From IMG/VR virus record IMGVR_UViG_3300044611_001018: 64,000 nucleotides of DNA; one strand, written 5' to 3'. Made by a program: the position numbers and the translations under genes. The notes beneath the pieces are model-generated. The model had not been told where the DNA came from. It ran no database searches and saw only the letters and a list, made by a program, of their open reading frames with translations. This DNA is from a virus. Taxonomy: Duplodnaviria; Caudoviricetes. Positions 9,210 through 19,839 of the stretch are shown here, in pieces. Positions within the stretch are counted from its first letter, which is position 1; each line of letters opens with the position of its first letter.

Positions 9210-10014
9210 ACTTTAATCCGCTAGGGTCGCTTACCTTACCAAGGTAAGGATCATAATCAGTCAAATCTTTCACATCCATAGACGCACCCATTTGCTGCCA
9301 CCAGGTCATAATTCCATCATGACTTTGACGATGAAATACATCAACATGCTCTGGATGAATGGATGACCCTAATTGTAGTCGATAAAGAAGTAGAGGAATG
9401 GAATAGGTGTTACCAGAATTGTAAATGAGGTCATCAGCAACTGGTCTTGGTTTTACCCCATTATCCAGACGGTACTTATCAACACCTTTGACGTGGTGAT
9501 AAATCAGTTTTGATGCATGATGTCTAGTAATCATATAACAAGCCGTGGAGAAATCATTTACAAATCTCCTATGCAACTTAACATGAATGTCTCCTGTTTG
9601 AATAATTGCTAGTTGCACTACATCCCAATCATAGGGAAGCATAGATGCAAAATCATTCCAAGAAAAATTCCAGTATTGTACTACATCAAGATTACAATCA
9701 TCTTCCATGATAATTGCATAAGGACTGGTTGAATTATCATACCAATGTTTAATTGCTTTTAAATGTGATGTAATACACCCAACCTCTCCCGAAGACATTG
9801 ATTCTGGATATCTACCTTTAATAATATCACTTAAATCATCATCTCTACCATCATATGCAGAAATTCTGGTATAATCTTCTATTTCCCAATATTTAAATTG
9901 GTCCTCTATATGTTGACGACGATCAGTATCTTCGTCCATATTCAAGTAATAAATGGGTCCAAACCCATTTAACTTATATGCAGATTTATTTTTATCTAAT
10001 AAAGTACTATGCAT
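9205..10014 (-). CDS. GT25-like glycosyltransferase
   Basis: YYLNMDEDTDRR, GCITSH, MEDD, LPYDWDVVQL. Confidence 0.75.
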   Translation of the reverse strand: MHSTLLDKNKSAYKLNGFGPIYYLNMDEDTDRRQHIEDQFKYWEIEDYTRISAYDGRDDDLSDIIKGRYPESMSSGEVGCITSHLKAIKHWYDNSTSPYAIIMEDDCNLDVVQYWNFSWNDFASMLPYDWDVVQLAIIQTGDIHVKLHRRFVNDFSTACYMITRHHASKLIYHHVKGVDKYRLDNGVKPRPVADDLIYNSGNTYSIPLLLYRLQLGSSIHPEHVDVFHRQSHDGIMTWWQQMGASMDVKDLTDYDPYLGKVSDPSGLKS

Positions 10015-10957
10015 GACGTTCAATTACTTTTTCTACACTAGGGATGTAATACTTTTTAAGAACTTCTTTCCAGTCAAACTGTTTTGAATATTCTACAATC
10101 TCATTTCTATGAGCAATAGAATATTCTCTGTTTTTAATTATAGCATTCTCAACATAATCAATATCGGTAATCTTTTCTTCTGGAATTACTGTAATAAATT
10201 CTTTATCAGTATCAAGATTTGCTTTACCCCATTCACAAACAACTACTCCAAGTCCAGCAGCAAGTGCTTCCATACAAACAAGAGGATGTGCCTCTCCATC
10301 TGAAAGAAGAACAAGATTACCATAATCAGTCAATTGATTATAAAGAGTCTCTTTTGACCACTCTCCCAAATAGTTTTTACTAGTATTAAATCTGCTATCA
10401 GCGAGATTACCAGCAAACCAAAGACTATCAATTGATTGGAATAAATGTTGTCTTTTTCTATAATCAATCTTTGCAAGATATAAACTTCTATCGGGATATT
10501 CTGGAGTATCTTTAAATGTAAACTTATCAGTATTGACCCCATTAGGTGTTATGTAAGTATTCTCTTTTGGAATATCAAACATAACATTATATACTTTCTC
10601 AATTCCTGGTGAGAGACAAAATACATTTGGTTTAATCCTCATGAATTCATTGGCAACATTAATGTAACCATTGAACATTTCTTTACGTTCTAGATATCCA
10701 AAATGACTTGTAATTGCATTTGGATATTGAATGTAAGGAACAATAGGAATAAATTCATCATAATGCACATGAACAAAGTCTGGTACAAATGCATTAATCC
10801 CATTGATAATTTGACGATTATCTTTGGTATTAATAATTTGTACTTCATGACCCAGTTCTTCTAGGGCACATTTAGTATCCCAAACAAGAATCTCAACCGC
10901 ACCCCAACCAGTTGGAGGGATCGGCATAATTCCAGGACCTATGAGAGTGATTTTCAT
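10007..10957 (-). CDS. GT4/GT-B glycosyltransferase
   Basis: IPPTGWGAVE, PNGV, EAHPLVCMEALAAG. Confidence 0.8.
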   Translation of the reverse strand: MKITLIGPGIMPIPPTGWGAVEILVWDTKCALEELGHEVQIINTKDNRQIINGINAFVPDFVHVHYDEFIPIVPYIQYPNAITSHFGYLERKEMFNGYINVANEFMRIKPNVFCLSPGIEKVYNVMFDIPKENTYITPNGVNTDKFTFKDTPEYPDRSLYLAKIDYRKRQHLFQSIDSLWFAGNLADSRFNTSKNYLGEWSKETLYNQLTDYGNLVLLSDGEAHPLVCMEALAAGLGVVVCEWGKANLDTDKEFITVIPEEKITDIDYVENAIIKNREYSIAHRNEIVEYSKQFDWKEVLKKYYIPSVEKVIERHA

Positions 10958-11412
10958 TTTAATTTTTCGGGGTAATCTGTACAAATACCATAACAATTAG
11001 TAACTCTTAGGGTATCCCAAATCATATTATTCCATTCTGGCATAACAATAACAGTATTAGATGTATATGATTTACCAGGATACGCCCAGATATATTTTTT
11101 ACTGGTGAGAGTATAATCATCCTCTTGATGCCAAAAATAATTGTATCCAGAGGTATTAACTGACATTTCATGAAGAGTATCTAAGTCTTTACAATGAATC
11201 CAAAGACTATCAATTCTTGTTGCTAACCACCACCGAGTTACCAGATATTGAGGTTCATCATGACCTAACCATAAAGTATTAGTTGCTTTATGGTATCTTA
11301 GATCTATTTCAACATCATAACCCTGTTCTATACATTTGTCAATTTGTTCTGGACTATTTTCAATTGATGGATTTGGTCCATCAATATTAGCACGATGGGC
11401 AATTAGTTTCAT
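10954..11412 (-). CDS. Glycerophosphodiester phosphodiesterase-like / PLC-fold small protein
   Basis: IAHRAN, DVEIDLR, WLGHD, GICTDYP. Confidence 0.65.
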   Translation of the reverse strand: MKLIAHRANIDGPNPSIENSPEQIDKCIEQGYDVEIDLRYHKATNTLWLGHDEPQYLVTRWWLATRIDSLWIHCKDLDTLHEMSVNTSGYNYFWHQEDDYTLTSKKYIWAYPGKSYTSNTVIVMPEWNNMIWDTLRVTNCYGICTDYPEKLK

Positions 11413-11413
11413 A

Positions 11414-12160
11414 TCAACCTCTAATACAAGCAGCATCCATAGGACAAGGAGCAAGATCAGAGTGCTCAAACCATTTTAAAAATGATCCCATTTTAAATGC
11501 TTCTGGAGATGGTTCCCAAATGTCTTCATAAACATCTTCAATATCATCAAATGCATTGAGTGCCCAAGTAAGATACTTAGGTCCAAAAAATTGAATTGTA
11601 TCTGGAAATCTAGGATGATGTCCTGGTAGATAGAATTTGTATTTGTCGCAGGTATTAAGATCTGGGAAGTTAAGAAGAACAGTATCATATCTTGCAAGGA
11701 CAATAAAATCATAGCTGGTATTTGTTTCCTCAGCGTATGATTTGACAATATTTGCAACAGATTTAATGGAATACATTTGGGACATTACATTACTGTAATT
11801 TTTAGGATTCCAGTGATTACCACTCTCCCCATACAACTCTCTTGCTGGGTGTTTATTAGTAAACTTTTCATCAATGAATTCTTTTGCTTTTGAGGGTAAC
11901 TCAAAAGTTTTTGGACTTTCAATACCCAAAATCAATGGTTGATAATTATCAGCAATAATTTTAGGTGCATCTTTAGAAACAGGACACTTGTTTATTTTGG
12001 ACCATGAGGAATAGTCATACTCTTCAGCATCTTCCTCCCACCACATATGCCCAAATACATCAGTATCATATCGGTCAAGAATTACTTCTTTGTAAGTATC
12101 AATAATTTGTTGGTTGTCAACAAATCTAGGTTGCCCAAAAAATGCAAGTGCTACTTTCAT
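11414..12160 (-). CDS. Glycan-related protein, probable GT-A-like; paralog of 13533..14237
   Basis: KVALAFFGQPR, VFGHMW, ARYD. Confidence 0.55.
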   Translation of the reverse strand: MKVALAFFGQPRFVDNQQIIDTYKEVILDRYDTDVFGHMWWEEDAEEYDYSSWSKINKCPVSKDAPKIIADNYQPLILGIESPKTFELPSKAKEFIDEKFTNKHPARELYGESGNHWNPKNYSNVMSQMYSIKSVANIVKSYAEETNTSYDFIVLARYDTVLLNFPDLNTCDKYKFYLPGHHPRFPDTIQFFGPKYLTWALNAFDDIEDVYEDIWEPSPEAFKMGSFLKWFEHSDLAPCPMDAACIRG

Positions 12161-13533
12161 CAGACTTCTCCTTTATAATGTTCAAGGAAGTAGTTCAGGT
12201 CTTCTGGAGTACCAATACCCCACATACCAGACTTATCGATTTCTTTGATGCGGATTTTTTTACCATCACCAATCGCTTCATTAAATACTGGACAAACATA
12301 ATATTCATTATTAACACGAATATCTTTGGCAATCATTTGTTCTGCATACTTCACATAGTCAGAACCTTTCTTCCAATAGTAGATACCAACAGTGGCATGT
12401 TCAGAAATTGGTTTCTTCTCAGCAACCTCCTCAACATAACCCTCTTCACCAAGTTTAGCATAAGACCACTTAGGATGAGTCGCTGGGAATGTAACAATTC
12501 CACCATCAACTTCACCGTTCTGGAATGCATAAAGGGTTTCGTTGCTATCCCATTCCACAAACTGGTCCGAATTTGCCATTACAAGAGGTTCATCATTATT
12601 GATAAACTCCTTTGCAAGAAGAGTGGTGCAGCAAGCACCTTCAGTTAGACCATCAACTTGAACAATATTGCATCCAGGAGCAATCAAAGGAAGTAGATAG
12701 TTCAGATTATACTTTTCATAATGTTCCTTTTGAACAATAAAAGTATAATTTGCTTTGATGTTCAGGTTCTCAACAACCACTTGGATCATTGGTTTACCTT
12801 TAACTTCAATCAAAGGTTTAGGGAAGGTGTAACCCTGACTAGCAAACCTGCTACCAGCACCTGCCATAGGAATAAGAACATTCATTGTTTTACTCTCCCA
12901 TGCAACTTTTTGTTTTGTACCATTCAGAATTTTTTTAATTCTATCAATCTTTACCTGATTGAGATCTTTACGATCTTCTACAGGAACTAAATGTGCCTTA
13001 CTGTCAAGAGCACCTTGACGACCAATATGACTATCTTCGACAATCACGGTATCTGCAGGAAGTGCTCCAAGAGCAGTCATACACTTCCAATACATTGCTG
13101 GGAATGGTTTGTTGCGAACAACGTCTTCATTAGAGACGTACATATCCACAAATTCCAGAAGTCCAAGACGCAATAGAATAATCTTCACAGTATTCCTAAT
13201 ACTATTAGATGCAACAGCAATCTTATATCCTGCATCTACAAGTTGTTGGAAGTACCCCATCAACTCATAATCCTTTGCAACGCAGTCGTTAAAAATCTTA
13301 AGTGTTGCTTCTTGCTTATCTCTCCAAATTGTATCATAAAGATCTACAGGAAGACCTTTATTCTTGGTTAAAAGTTCTAGTTTTGCTTTGGTAGGAAGAC
13401 CATCATAAATGCTAACATGCTCTTCTCTGCTGATAGCATACTCATCTCCAAGTGCTTGGTTTAATGCTTCATAATGATAATCTTTACTGTCGATTAAGAC
13501 TCCATCCAAATCAAAGATAACAAGTTTGGTCAT
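12160..13533 (-). CDS. HAD phosphatase / sugar nucleotidyltransferase fusion
   Basis: N-terminal FDLDGVLID and KP motifs; C-terminal IPMAGAGSRF...PKPLI. Confidence 0.88.
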   Translation of the reverse strand: MTKLVIFDLDGVLIDSKDYHYEALNQALGDEYAISREEHVSIYDGLPTKAKLELLTKNKGLPVDLYDTIWRDKQEATLKIFNDCVAKDYELMGYFQQLVDAGYKIAVASNSIRNTVKIILLRLGLLEFVDMYVSNEDVVRNKPFPAMYWKCMTALGALPADTVIVEDSHIGRQGALDSKAHLVPVEDRKDLNQVKIDRIKKILNGTKQKVAWESKTMNVLIPMAGAGSRFASQGYTFPKPLIEVKGKPMIQVVVENLNIKANYTFIVQKEHYEKYNLNYLLPLIAPGCNIVQVDGLTEGACCTTLLAKEFINNDEPLVMANSDQFVEWDSNETLYAFQNGEVDGGIVTFPATHPKWSYAKLGEEGYVEEVAEKKPISEHATVGIYYWKKGSDYVKYAEQMIAKDIRVNNEYYVCPVFNEAIGDGKKIRIKEIDKSGMWGIGTPEDLNYFLEHYKGEV

Positions 13534-14237
13534 TATTTTTTATCTCTCCAAAGTACATAGTGCCAGGGGTTTTTAGTGATGGGAAGATTATGCCTCTTTT
13601 GTGCATTAAATCCAATCAAACATTCAGGGTTGATTTCTGCACCCATCTCACATATTTCAACAAAGTTGTCATATACGTCAAAATATTTATCCATTAACTC
13701 GGAAGACCCAAACGCAAAATGGTCGTTAATACCATGTTCCACATGTGCCCATTCGTTAAGAACATTCACAGTATTCAAATCATAGTTTGAAATGGGACCA
13801 ATAGGAGTATAGAAGTATTCGTCAGTTCTCAAACGGACAACACAATCATACTTGAAATCATTTTCTTCCTCATATTTTTTCTTAAGATTATTTGCTTCAC
13901 TCAGACTATAAAACATTGAGATAATATTATTGACTGGGTGAGGAAATCTAGGGTCTGGATGAATATCTTCTGCTTCAAATTCCTTTGGTTCTTCAAAGAC
14001 AAGACCTTTAGGTTGCCATTTATCAACCATAAAGTCTTTTAGGTCTGATTCCCAACGACCACGGTCCTTGTATTGATCCCAAAAATAAGTTCCAACCCAT
14101 GCCTCATCATACCAAATATGAGCAAATACATCAATCTCACAATCTGGGTTTGCTTCCCAAAAAGTTTGACGATGATTTTCATAACACTCCTTCAAATGCC
14201 TCGGTTGACCCGAGTAAATCATAGCAATTTTAGACAT
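13533..14237 (-). CDS. Glycan-related protein; paralog of 11414..12160
   Basis: KIAMIYSGQPR, VFAHIW, RLRTD, NDHFAFG. Confidence 0.55.
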   Translation of the reverse strand: MSKIAMIYSGQPRHLKECYENHRQTFWEANPDCEIDVFAHIWYDEAWVGTYFWDQYKDRGRWESDLKDFMVDKWQPKGLVFEEPKEFEAEDIHPDPRFPHPVNNIISMFYSLSEANNLKKKYEEENDFKYDCVVRLRTDEYFYTPIGPISNYDLNTVNVLNEWAHVEHGINDHFAFGSSELMDKYFDVYDNFVEICEMGAEINPECLIGFNAQKRHNLPITKNPWHYVLWRDKK

Positions 14238-14949
14238 GATATTTACTATTATCTTTTGCTAGGTGTACAATTTTTGGTTCAAAGGTACATGCTTTGGCAA
14301 ATACCTCTGGATAAGCAAGACTTGGAGATGCTACAAATACGTCTTCACGATTTTGAATATAAAATTTGTTTAGATGACTCTCATCATGCCAAGTTGCAAT
14401 AATATTATTTTTATAATCATCATCAATTCTCTGGTCAAGTTCTTTGATCATATCCATAACATATGGCAATTTACCTCCCCAAAGACATCCCTGAACATAA
14501 ACAGACAAGTCATCAGATTCTGTAACACAAGCTTTGGATAAAGGCGTTACGTCAAATGCACCAGGAAGTTCATCATGAGGTTGCATTTTTAAATAATGAC
14601 ATGGATGATGAACACCAATGTATTTCTTGGTATCATCAAGTAAATCCTCAATGTTGACAGTATCAACAACTCTCATATCTGCATCCAAGAAAATTAACCA
14701 ATCACAATCTTGAATATCATCAAAACATTTTTGAATCATTTTGAATCTATACAAAGTAATAAATGGCCATTCTAGATGTTCTTGATGATATACAATGGCA
14801 TTATCTGGAGATTCTGGAATCTCTCCATCCGTAAAAATTATATACTTTTTGTCTACATTTGGCAACAAAAACTTTTCACATCCTTCATACCACGCAGGCA
14901 AAAAGTTTAAATATTTTTCTGTTCCAATAAAAATAACAGCGACTTTCAT
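14230..14949 (-). CDS. GT6 (ABO-type) glycosyltransferase
   Basis: FLDAD DxD motif and WHDESHLNK, the signature of ABO-family transferases. Confidence 0.9.
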   Translation of the reverse strand: MKVAVIFIGTEKYLNFLPAWYEGCEKFLLPNVDKKYIIFTDGEIPESPDNAIVYHQEHLEWPFITLYRFKMIQKCFDDIQDCDWLIFLDADMRVVDTVNIEDLLDDTKKYIGVHHPCHYLKMQPHDELPGAFDVTPLSKACVTESDDLSVYVQGCLWGGKLPYVMDMIKELDQRIDDDYKNNIIATWHDESHLNKFYIQNREDVFVASPSLAYPEVFAKACTFEPKIVHLAKDNSKYHV

Positions 14950-15752
14950 TAAATTACAATCCAATCAGGGCAATAAAGATCTTTTGTATCTAGGTGTTGA
15001 TTATCTGGACCAAACCAGTTTTTAGGTGCAATAACTTTTTGACTTTTTGCCAACCAAGCACCCCACCAAGAGAATGAGGAATTGGCAATGATGTGTGACT
15101 TACACATAGTCATAAGACACAAATCGATGTAACTAATATTTCCTTCTGCAACTAAAAATCTATCGTCCTCAAACAATTTTTGTTCCTTACACCATTTAGG
15201 ATCATCAGAGAATATAATTACAGTTCGATCATTATCAAAATGACTTAGTGCCTCTTCATAATAATCCAAACCAAGATTATTATGGTTATGTGCAAGTTGC
15301 AAATAATCTGTTCTGCGTATATGCAAAGATACTGGTTCTTCAACACTATTCATCATAGATCTTGAAGGTCGAAGATACTGGGGGTTGAATGTAAAATCTT
15401 CTCTGATCTGATCTTCAATATTTTTAAAGTATTTTTCGCTTTGAAAGTATCCTTCCAAATTAACCCATTTGGGACAGTTATTAAAAAGTTCTTCATCAAA
15501 AGCAAAGGTGCTTTCTTTTAATGTAGGTCTTGCTCCACAAATATGCTGAACATTTAAATTTTGCAAATTTTCAAGCACAAATGGATAAAGTAATTGATGG
15601 TCACTCCACTCATCATATCCAGATGGGTCATCAGATGGTGGTGGAATCATCCAGTTATATCCATTGTTTGCAGCAATTCCTCTCAAAGAGGCATACTGAA
15701 ACATTTGATTTCCAAGTCTTCCTAGTTTTCCTAGATTATTAAATCCGATCAT
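14949..15752 (-). CDS. GT11 alpha-1,2-fucosyltransferase
   Basis: GRLGNQMFQYA, GYFQSEKYF, LHIRRTDY, IIANSSFSWWGAWL. Confidence 0.92.
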   Translation of the reverse strand: MIGFNNLGKLGRLGNQMFQYASLRGIAANNGYNWMIPPPSDDPSGYDEWSDHQLLYPFVLENLQNLNVQHICGARPTLKESTFAFDEELFNNCPKWVNLEGYFQSEKYFKNIEDQIREDFTFNPQYLRPSRSMMNSVEEPVSLHIRRTDYLQLAHNHNNLGLDYYEEALSHFDNDRTVIIFSDDPKWCKEQKLFEDDRFLVAEGNISYIDLCLMTMCKSHIIANSSFSWWGAWLAKSQKVIAPKNWFGPDNQHLDTKDLYCPDWIVI

Positions 15753-16674
15753 AGTTCTCTTTAAACCATTCATACGTTTGATAAATTCCCTGACGGATTC
15801 CAACTTTAGGACTCCAACCAAGAGACTTAAGTTTGTCAACATTCATTACCTTTCTTGGAGTACCATTTGGTTTACTAATATCCCAAACAATTTCTCCACG
15901 ATAATCAATTACTTTAGCAATAATTTCTGTTAATTCTTTAATTGTAATATCAGATCCAGTACCAATATTGATAATTTCTGAATCATCATATTCATTCATA
16001 CAAATATAACATGCTTCTGCCATATCATCAATATAAAGAAATTCACGAAGAGGAGAACCATCTCCCCAACAAACAAATTGAGAATCTCCATTTAACTTTG
16101 CCTCATGCATTCTACGCATGATACCAGGAATTACATGACTAGATTCTGGATTAAAATTATCATTTACTCCATATAGATTAGTTGGTTGTAAAGAAATTGC
16201 ATCAAATCCATATTGTTGACGATATGATTGACACATTTTAATTCCAGCAATCTTAGCAATTGCATATGCATCATTAGTTGGTTCTAAAGGACCAGTCATC
16301 AACTGGTCTTCAGTAATTGGAATGTTTGGGTGCTTTGGATAAATGCAAGAGGACCCAAGAAATACCAACTTTTTAATACCATAATTATACGCCGCATTTA
16401 TGATATTTGATTGGATCATCAAATTATCATAGATGAATTCTGCTGGGCGAGTTTTGTTTGCCATAATGCCACCAACTTTAGCAGCAGCAAGGAATACATA
16501 TTCTGGTTCTTCTGAACAAAAATACCTTTCAGTATCATCCTGATTAGTAAAATCTATATCATCACGAGTCCCTTCAATAATGTTAGTATATCCTTTGCTT
16601 CTTAGATTTCTAACAATTGCTGACCCCACTAGACCACGAGCACCAGCAACTAAAATTTTAGAATCACTGTCCAT
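15739..16674 (-). CDS. fcl: GDP-L-fucose synthase
   Basis: [32 protein letters not shown]. Confidence 0.95.
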   Translation of the reverse strand: MDSDSKILVAGARGLVGSAIVRNLRSKGYTNIIEGTRDDIDFTNQDDTERYFCSEEPEYVFLAAAKVGGIMANKTRPAEFIYDNLMIQSNIINAAYNYGIKKLVFLGSSCIYPKHPNIPITEDQLMTGPLEPTNDAYAIAKIAGIKMCQSYRQQYGFDAISLQPTNLYGVNDNFNPESSHVIPGIMRRMHEAKLNGDSQFVCWGDGSPLREFLYIDDMAEACYICMNEYDDSEIINIGTGSDITIKELTEIIAKVIDYRGEIVWDISKPNGTPRKVMNVDKLKSLGWSPKVGIRQGIYQTYEWFKENYDRI

Positions 16675-17671
16675 AAATGCACATATCCTCAACTAATTCA
16701 TTAAAAGTAATTTTTGGTTCCCACCCAAGATTTTCCTTTGCTTTTGTGGGATCTCCCAACAAAGATTCAACTTCAGCAGGTCTAAAATATTTAGGGTCAA
16801 CTTTAACAACTACTCTATTAGTATTCTTATCAATACCAACTTCATCTAGACCACTACCTTCCCATTTAATCTTCATTCCAAAGTAAGGTGCTGCAGTCTC
16901 AACAAATGCCCTAACTGAATATTGTTCACCAGTAGCAATCACATAATCATCGGGTTCATCTTGTTGAAGCATCATCCACATTGCTTCGACAAAATCTTTG
17001 GCATGTCCCCAATCTCTTTTAGCATTTAAATTGCCAAGATATAAAACATCCTGCAATCCAGCACTAATTTTAGAAAGACCTCTTGTTATTTTACGGGTAA
17101 CAAATGTCTCACCACGACGAGGAGATTCATGGTTAAAAAGTATTCCTGTGCAAGCATACATTCCATAGGATTCTCGATAATTCTTTGTAATCCAATATCC
17201 ATATAATTTTGCTACCCCATAAGGAGAACGTGGATAAAAGGGAGTAGTTTCTTTTTGAGGAACCTCTTGCACTAATCCATAAAGTTCACTTGTAGATGCT
17301 TGATAAACTCTACAAGTTTTTTCCATTCCCAAAATTCTTACCGCTTCAAGAATTCTAAGAGTTCCCAATCCATCAACATTACCAGTATACTCAGGCATCT
17401 CAAACGATACTTTTACATGACTTTGTGCCGCGAGATTATAAATCTCATCAGGTTTAGTTTGTTGGAGAATGTGAATAATATTTGCAGAATCGGTCAAATC
17501 CCCATAATGTAACTTGAGATGTGGGTGATTAAAAATATGATCAATCCTATGTGTATTAATAAGGGATGCTCTACGAATTATTCCATGAACCATGTATCCC
17601 TTTTCAATCAATAATTCAGCAAGATAAGAACCATCTTGCCCCGTGATTCCTGTAATTAAAGCAGTCTTCAT
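16664..17671 (-). CDS. gmd: GDP-mannose 4,6-dehydratase
   Basis: [33 protein letters not shown]. Confidence 0.97.
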   Translation of the reverse strand: MKTALITGITGQDGSYLAELLIEKGYMVHGIIRRASLINTHRIDHIFNHPHLKLHYGDLTDSANIIHILQQTKPDEIYNLAAQSHVKVSFEMPEYTGNVDGLGTLRILEAVRILGMEKTCRVYQASTSELYGLVQEVPQKETTPFYPRSPYGVAKLYGYWITKNYRESYGMYACTGILFNHESPRRGETFVTRKITRGLSKISAGLQDVLYLGNLNAKRDWGHAKDFVEAMWMMLQQDEPDDYVIATGEQYSVRAFVETAAPYFGMKIKWEGSGLDEVGIDKNTNRVVVKVDPKYFRPAEVESLLGDPTKAKENLGWEPKITFNELVEDMCIYGQ

Positions 17672-17754
17672 AGTAAGTGTATATTCACCAAAAATTATAG
17701 CACCTCCAAACAAAAACATCAATAATAAATACTCTTACTGGACTCATTATCTTA

Positions 17755-18393
17755 ATGGAAAAAACCGCTCAAATAAAAAAGCACGAAGGGAATTATTTCT
17801 ACAAAGCATATAATTTTATGCCAGAAGAATCTCTTCCAGAACTATATTCCTCTGCGGTAAAATGGTTAGAGAATACTCGAAAGAGTACACTTGAAGAAGT
17901 ATTTCCCCCAGAAGCATCTCAGAATTTATTGGGTAACGCGATACAAGAATCTTTCCTATCTGAGCAAGTTTGGGTAAATTTTTATTCGGAAGCAAAAAAA
18001 CATATTGCACAATATTGCAAAGTAACAGGAATCAATATACAAAATATTCGTTTACATTCTTCTTGGATTACTAGACTGCACAATTTAGATTTTCCAAGTG
18101 TACACTCAAAAAATGAGTTGGAAAAAAGATTAGGGTTGCATAATACATTTGGAAATATGCATTCCCATAAAACCAATCCTATAGGAATGGTTTATTATTT
18201 AAAAAACCCAGACCCAAAATATGGAACTATAGTAAAAATAACAAATAAAAAAATATTTAATAATAACGGAGAAGAAAATACTATTATGATTTTTGACCCT
18301 AGACTATATCATACAGCATTATATCCACCAATTAAAGAAACTGAAGTTTATCCTAGAATTACCATTGTAGTTGATTGTGAGTATATTGATTAA
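17755..18393 (+). CDS. Putative 2OG-Fe(II) oxygenase-fold protein
   Basis: HSH...VYYL...LYHT arrangement; similar to convergent neighbour. Confidence 0.5.
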   Translation: MEKTAQIKKHEGNYFYKAYNFMPEESLPELYSSAVKWLENTRKSTLEEVFPPEASQNLLGNAIQESFLSEQVWVNFYSEAKKHIAQYCKVTGINIQNIRLHSSWITRLHNLDFPSVHSKNELEKRLGLHNTFGNMHSHKTNPIGMVYYLKNPDPKYGTIVKITNKKIFNNNGEENTIMIFDPRLYHTALYPPIKETEVYPRITIVVDCEYID

Positions 18394-19043
18394 GGTAAAA
18401 CCCAATCAGGAACTCCAAAGGGAATATTAATATACCAATCAAATACAATATTATATTTTATAAAATCACTATTAATTAAAAATTTATTTGAACATGGATA
18501 TGAACCACCATTAAAAATAACCAACGAATTCTGTTCTCCAGGAATAGATTTAATTTTATTTCCTATTTTTATATCCGTTCCCATATGTACATTATCATTT
18601 CTTAGATAATATACAGTTCTTATCATATGTTTTTTAAGCCAGTCGTCATCAACGAGTCCAAAATCATCCTGAAAAATTGAAGATTCAAAATTAATTACAC
18701 TAAATATGCTATTTGGTTTTGTTGCTGATCTTTCTCCCCAACAAGAATGGGGAACAATTAAAGATTCATCAACACCAACAACTTTAAAATATTCCAGTAC
18801 ATGATGTTTTACTCTAAGACAAAATATATTCCAACATCTCTCATCATAGGGAAAATAAGAACTTGATGATAATGCCAATCCATGGCAGTCAATAATACAT
18901 TTTGTTACTTCTATTGCATCTGCATGTAGTAAATTATATTTAAAATGTTTATCAGAACTTACTTTTAATTCATTCTGCAAATCATCAGAAAAAACATTTT
19001 TAACTACATGTACATAATCAGATTTAATAATATTTTTTTCCAT
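18390..19043 (-). CDS. Paralog of 17755..18393 lacking obvious metal ligands
   Basis: Shared HSxW, VYYLxN, GTxxKI, GExNxxxIF motifs. Confidence 0.5.
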   Translation of the reverse strand: MEKNIIKSDYVHVVKNVFSDDLQNELKVSSDKHFKYNLLHADAIEVTKCIIDCHGLALSSSSYFPYDERCWNIFCLRVKHHVLEYFKVVGVDESLIVPHSCWGERSATKPNSIFSVINFESSIFQDDFGLVDDDWLKKHMIRTVYYLRNDNVHMGTDIKIGNKIKSIPGEQNSLVIFNGGSYPCSNKFLINSDFIKYNIVFDWYINIPFGVPDWVLP

Positions 19044-19839
19044 AATTTGGAGAATGTAATGGTGTCTTTTTCGTAAATTTATTTGCCTTTTTAGGGCACA
19101 TTGTACAAACTGGTTCCGCAGTTCTTGTGAAAAATTCTAGAATATCTATCTCAGAACTAGTTGGTAACAATGGGTTATACTTTAAATAAGGATCCCATTT
19201 TGATGATAGATTATTCCCAAATTTTTTCTTTTGTAGTGGTAAGTAAGCAAGCGCCGCACATTTATATATTTTACCATCCAATAATTGAAAGTTTTCTTGT
19301 CCTCCTGGACAATTATTCCAACTCTCAATATAATCATCACTGCAAATTGGTTCAATAGAACACCCATATCCAGTATATGTTCTTAACCAATAAGTAGATG
19401 CATCATGTATTTTATAATTTACTCCAGATGACTTAATTTTTTGAATCGCAATATCAAATAATCTGATGTAATTATGGTCCTGCGAATGTTTAGTTATAGT
19501 CAAAATACAATTTGTATCAATCAGTGCTTTTGATAGTCCATCAATTCTATCAAATAGCAATCCATTCGATACTAATTCAAATTCTTGGTCATCTTGTATA
19601 TTCCAAATCTCTTTTGTCATGTAAATAATATCAACGATCTCCTTATTGAGAAGAGGTTCTCCACCTAACATTGACAATTCTTTTGGATAAATTTTTTTAT
19701 TCCAACACAAATACCACTCTTTTAGAGTGGTAAGTGAAATATTTTCTTTGTACCCATCATTAGTATAATGACCACATCCCTCACAAGTAAAATTGCAAGA
19801 ATGGGTAACATGCCACTCTAAGTGGGGGATTTTAATCAT
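19024..19839 (-). CDS. Radical SAM protein
   Basis: CNFTCEGC (CxxxCxxC), GGEP, extra C-terminal Cys cluster. Confidence 0.88.
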   Translation of the reverse strand: MIKIPHLEWHVTHSCNFTCEGCGHYTNDGYKENISLTTLKEWYLCWNKKIYPKELSMLGGEPLLNKEIVDIIYMTKEIWNIQDDQEFELVSNGLLFDRIDGLSKALIDTNCILTITKHSQDHNYIRLFDIAIQKIKSSGVNYKIHDASTYWLRTYTGYGCSIEPICSDDYIESWNNCPGGQENFQLLDGKIYKCAALAYLPLQKKKFGNNLSSKWDPYLKYNPLLPTSSEIDILEFFTRTAEPVCTMCPKKANKFTKKTPLHSPNYGKKYY

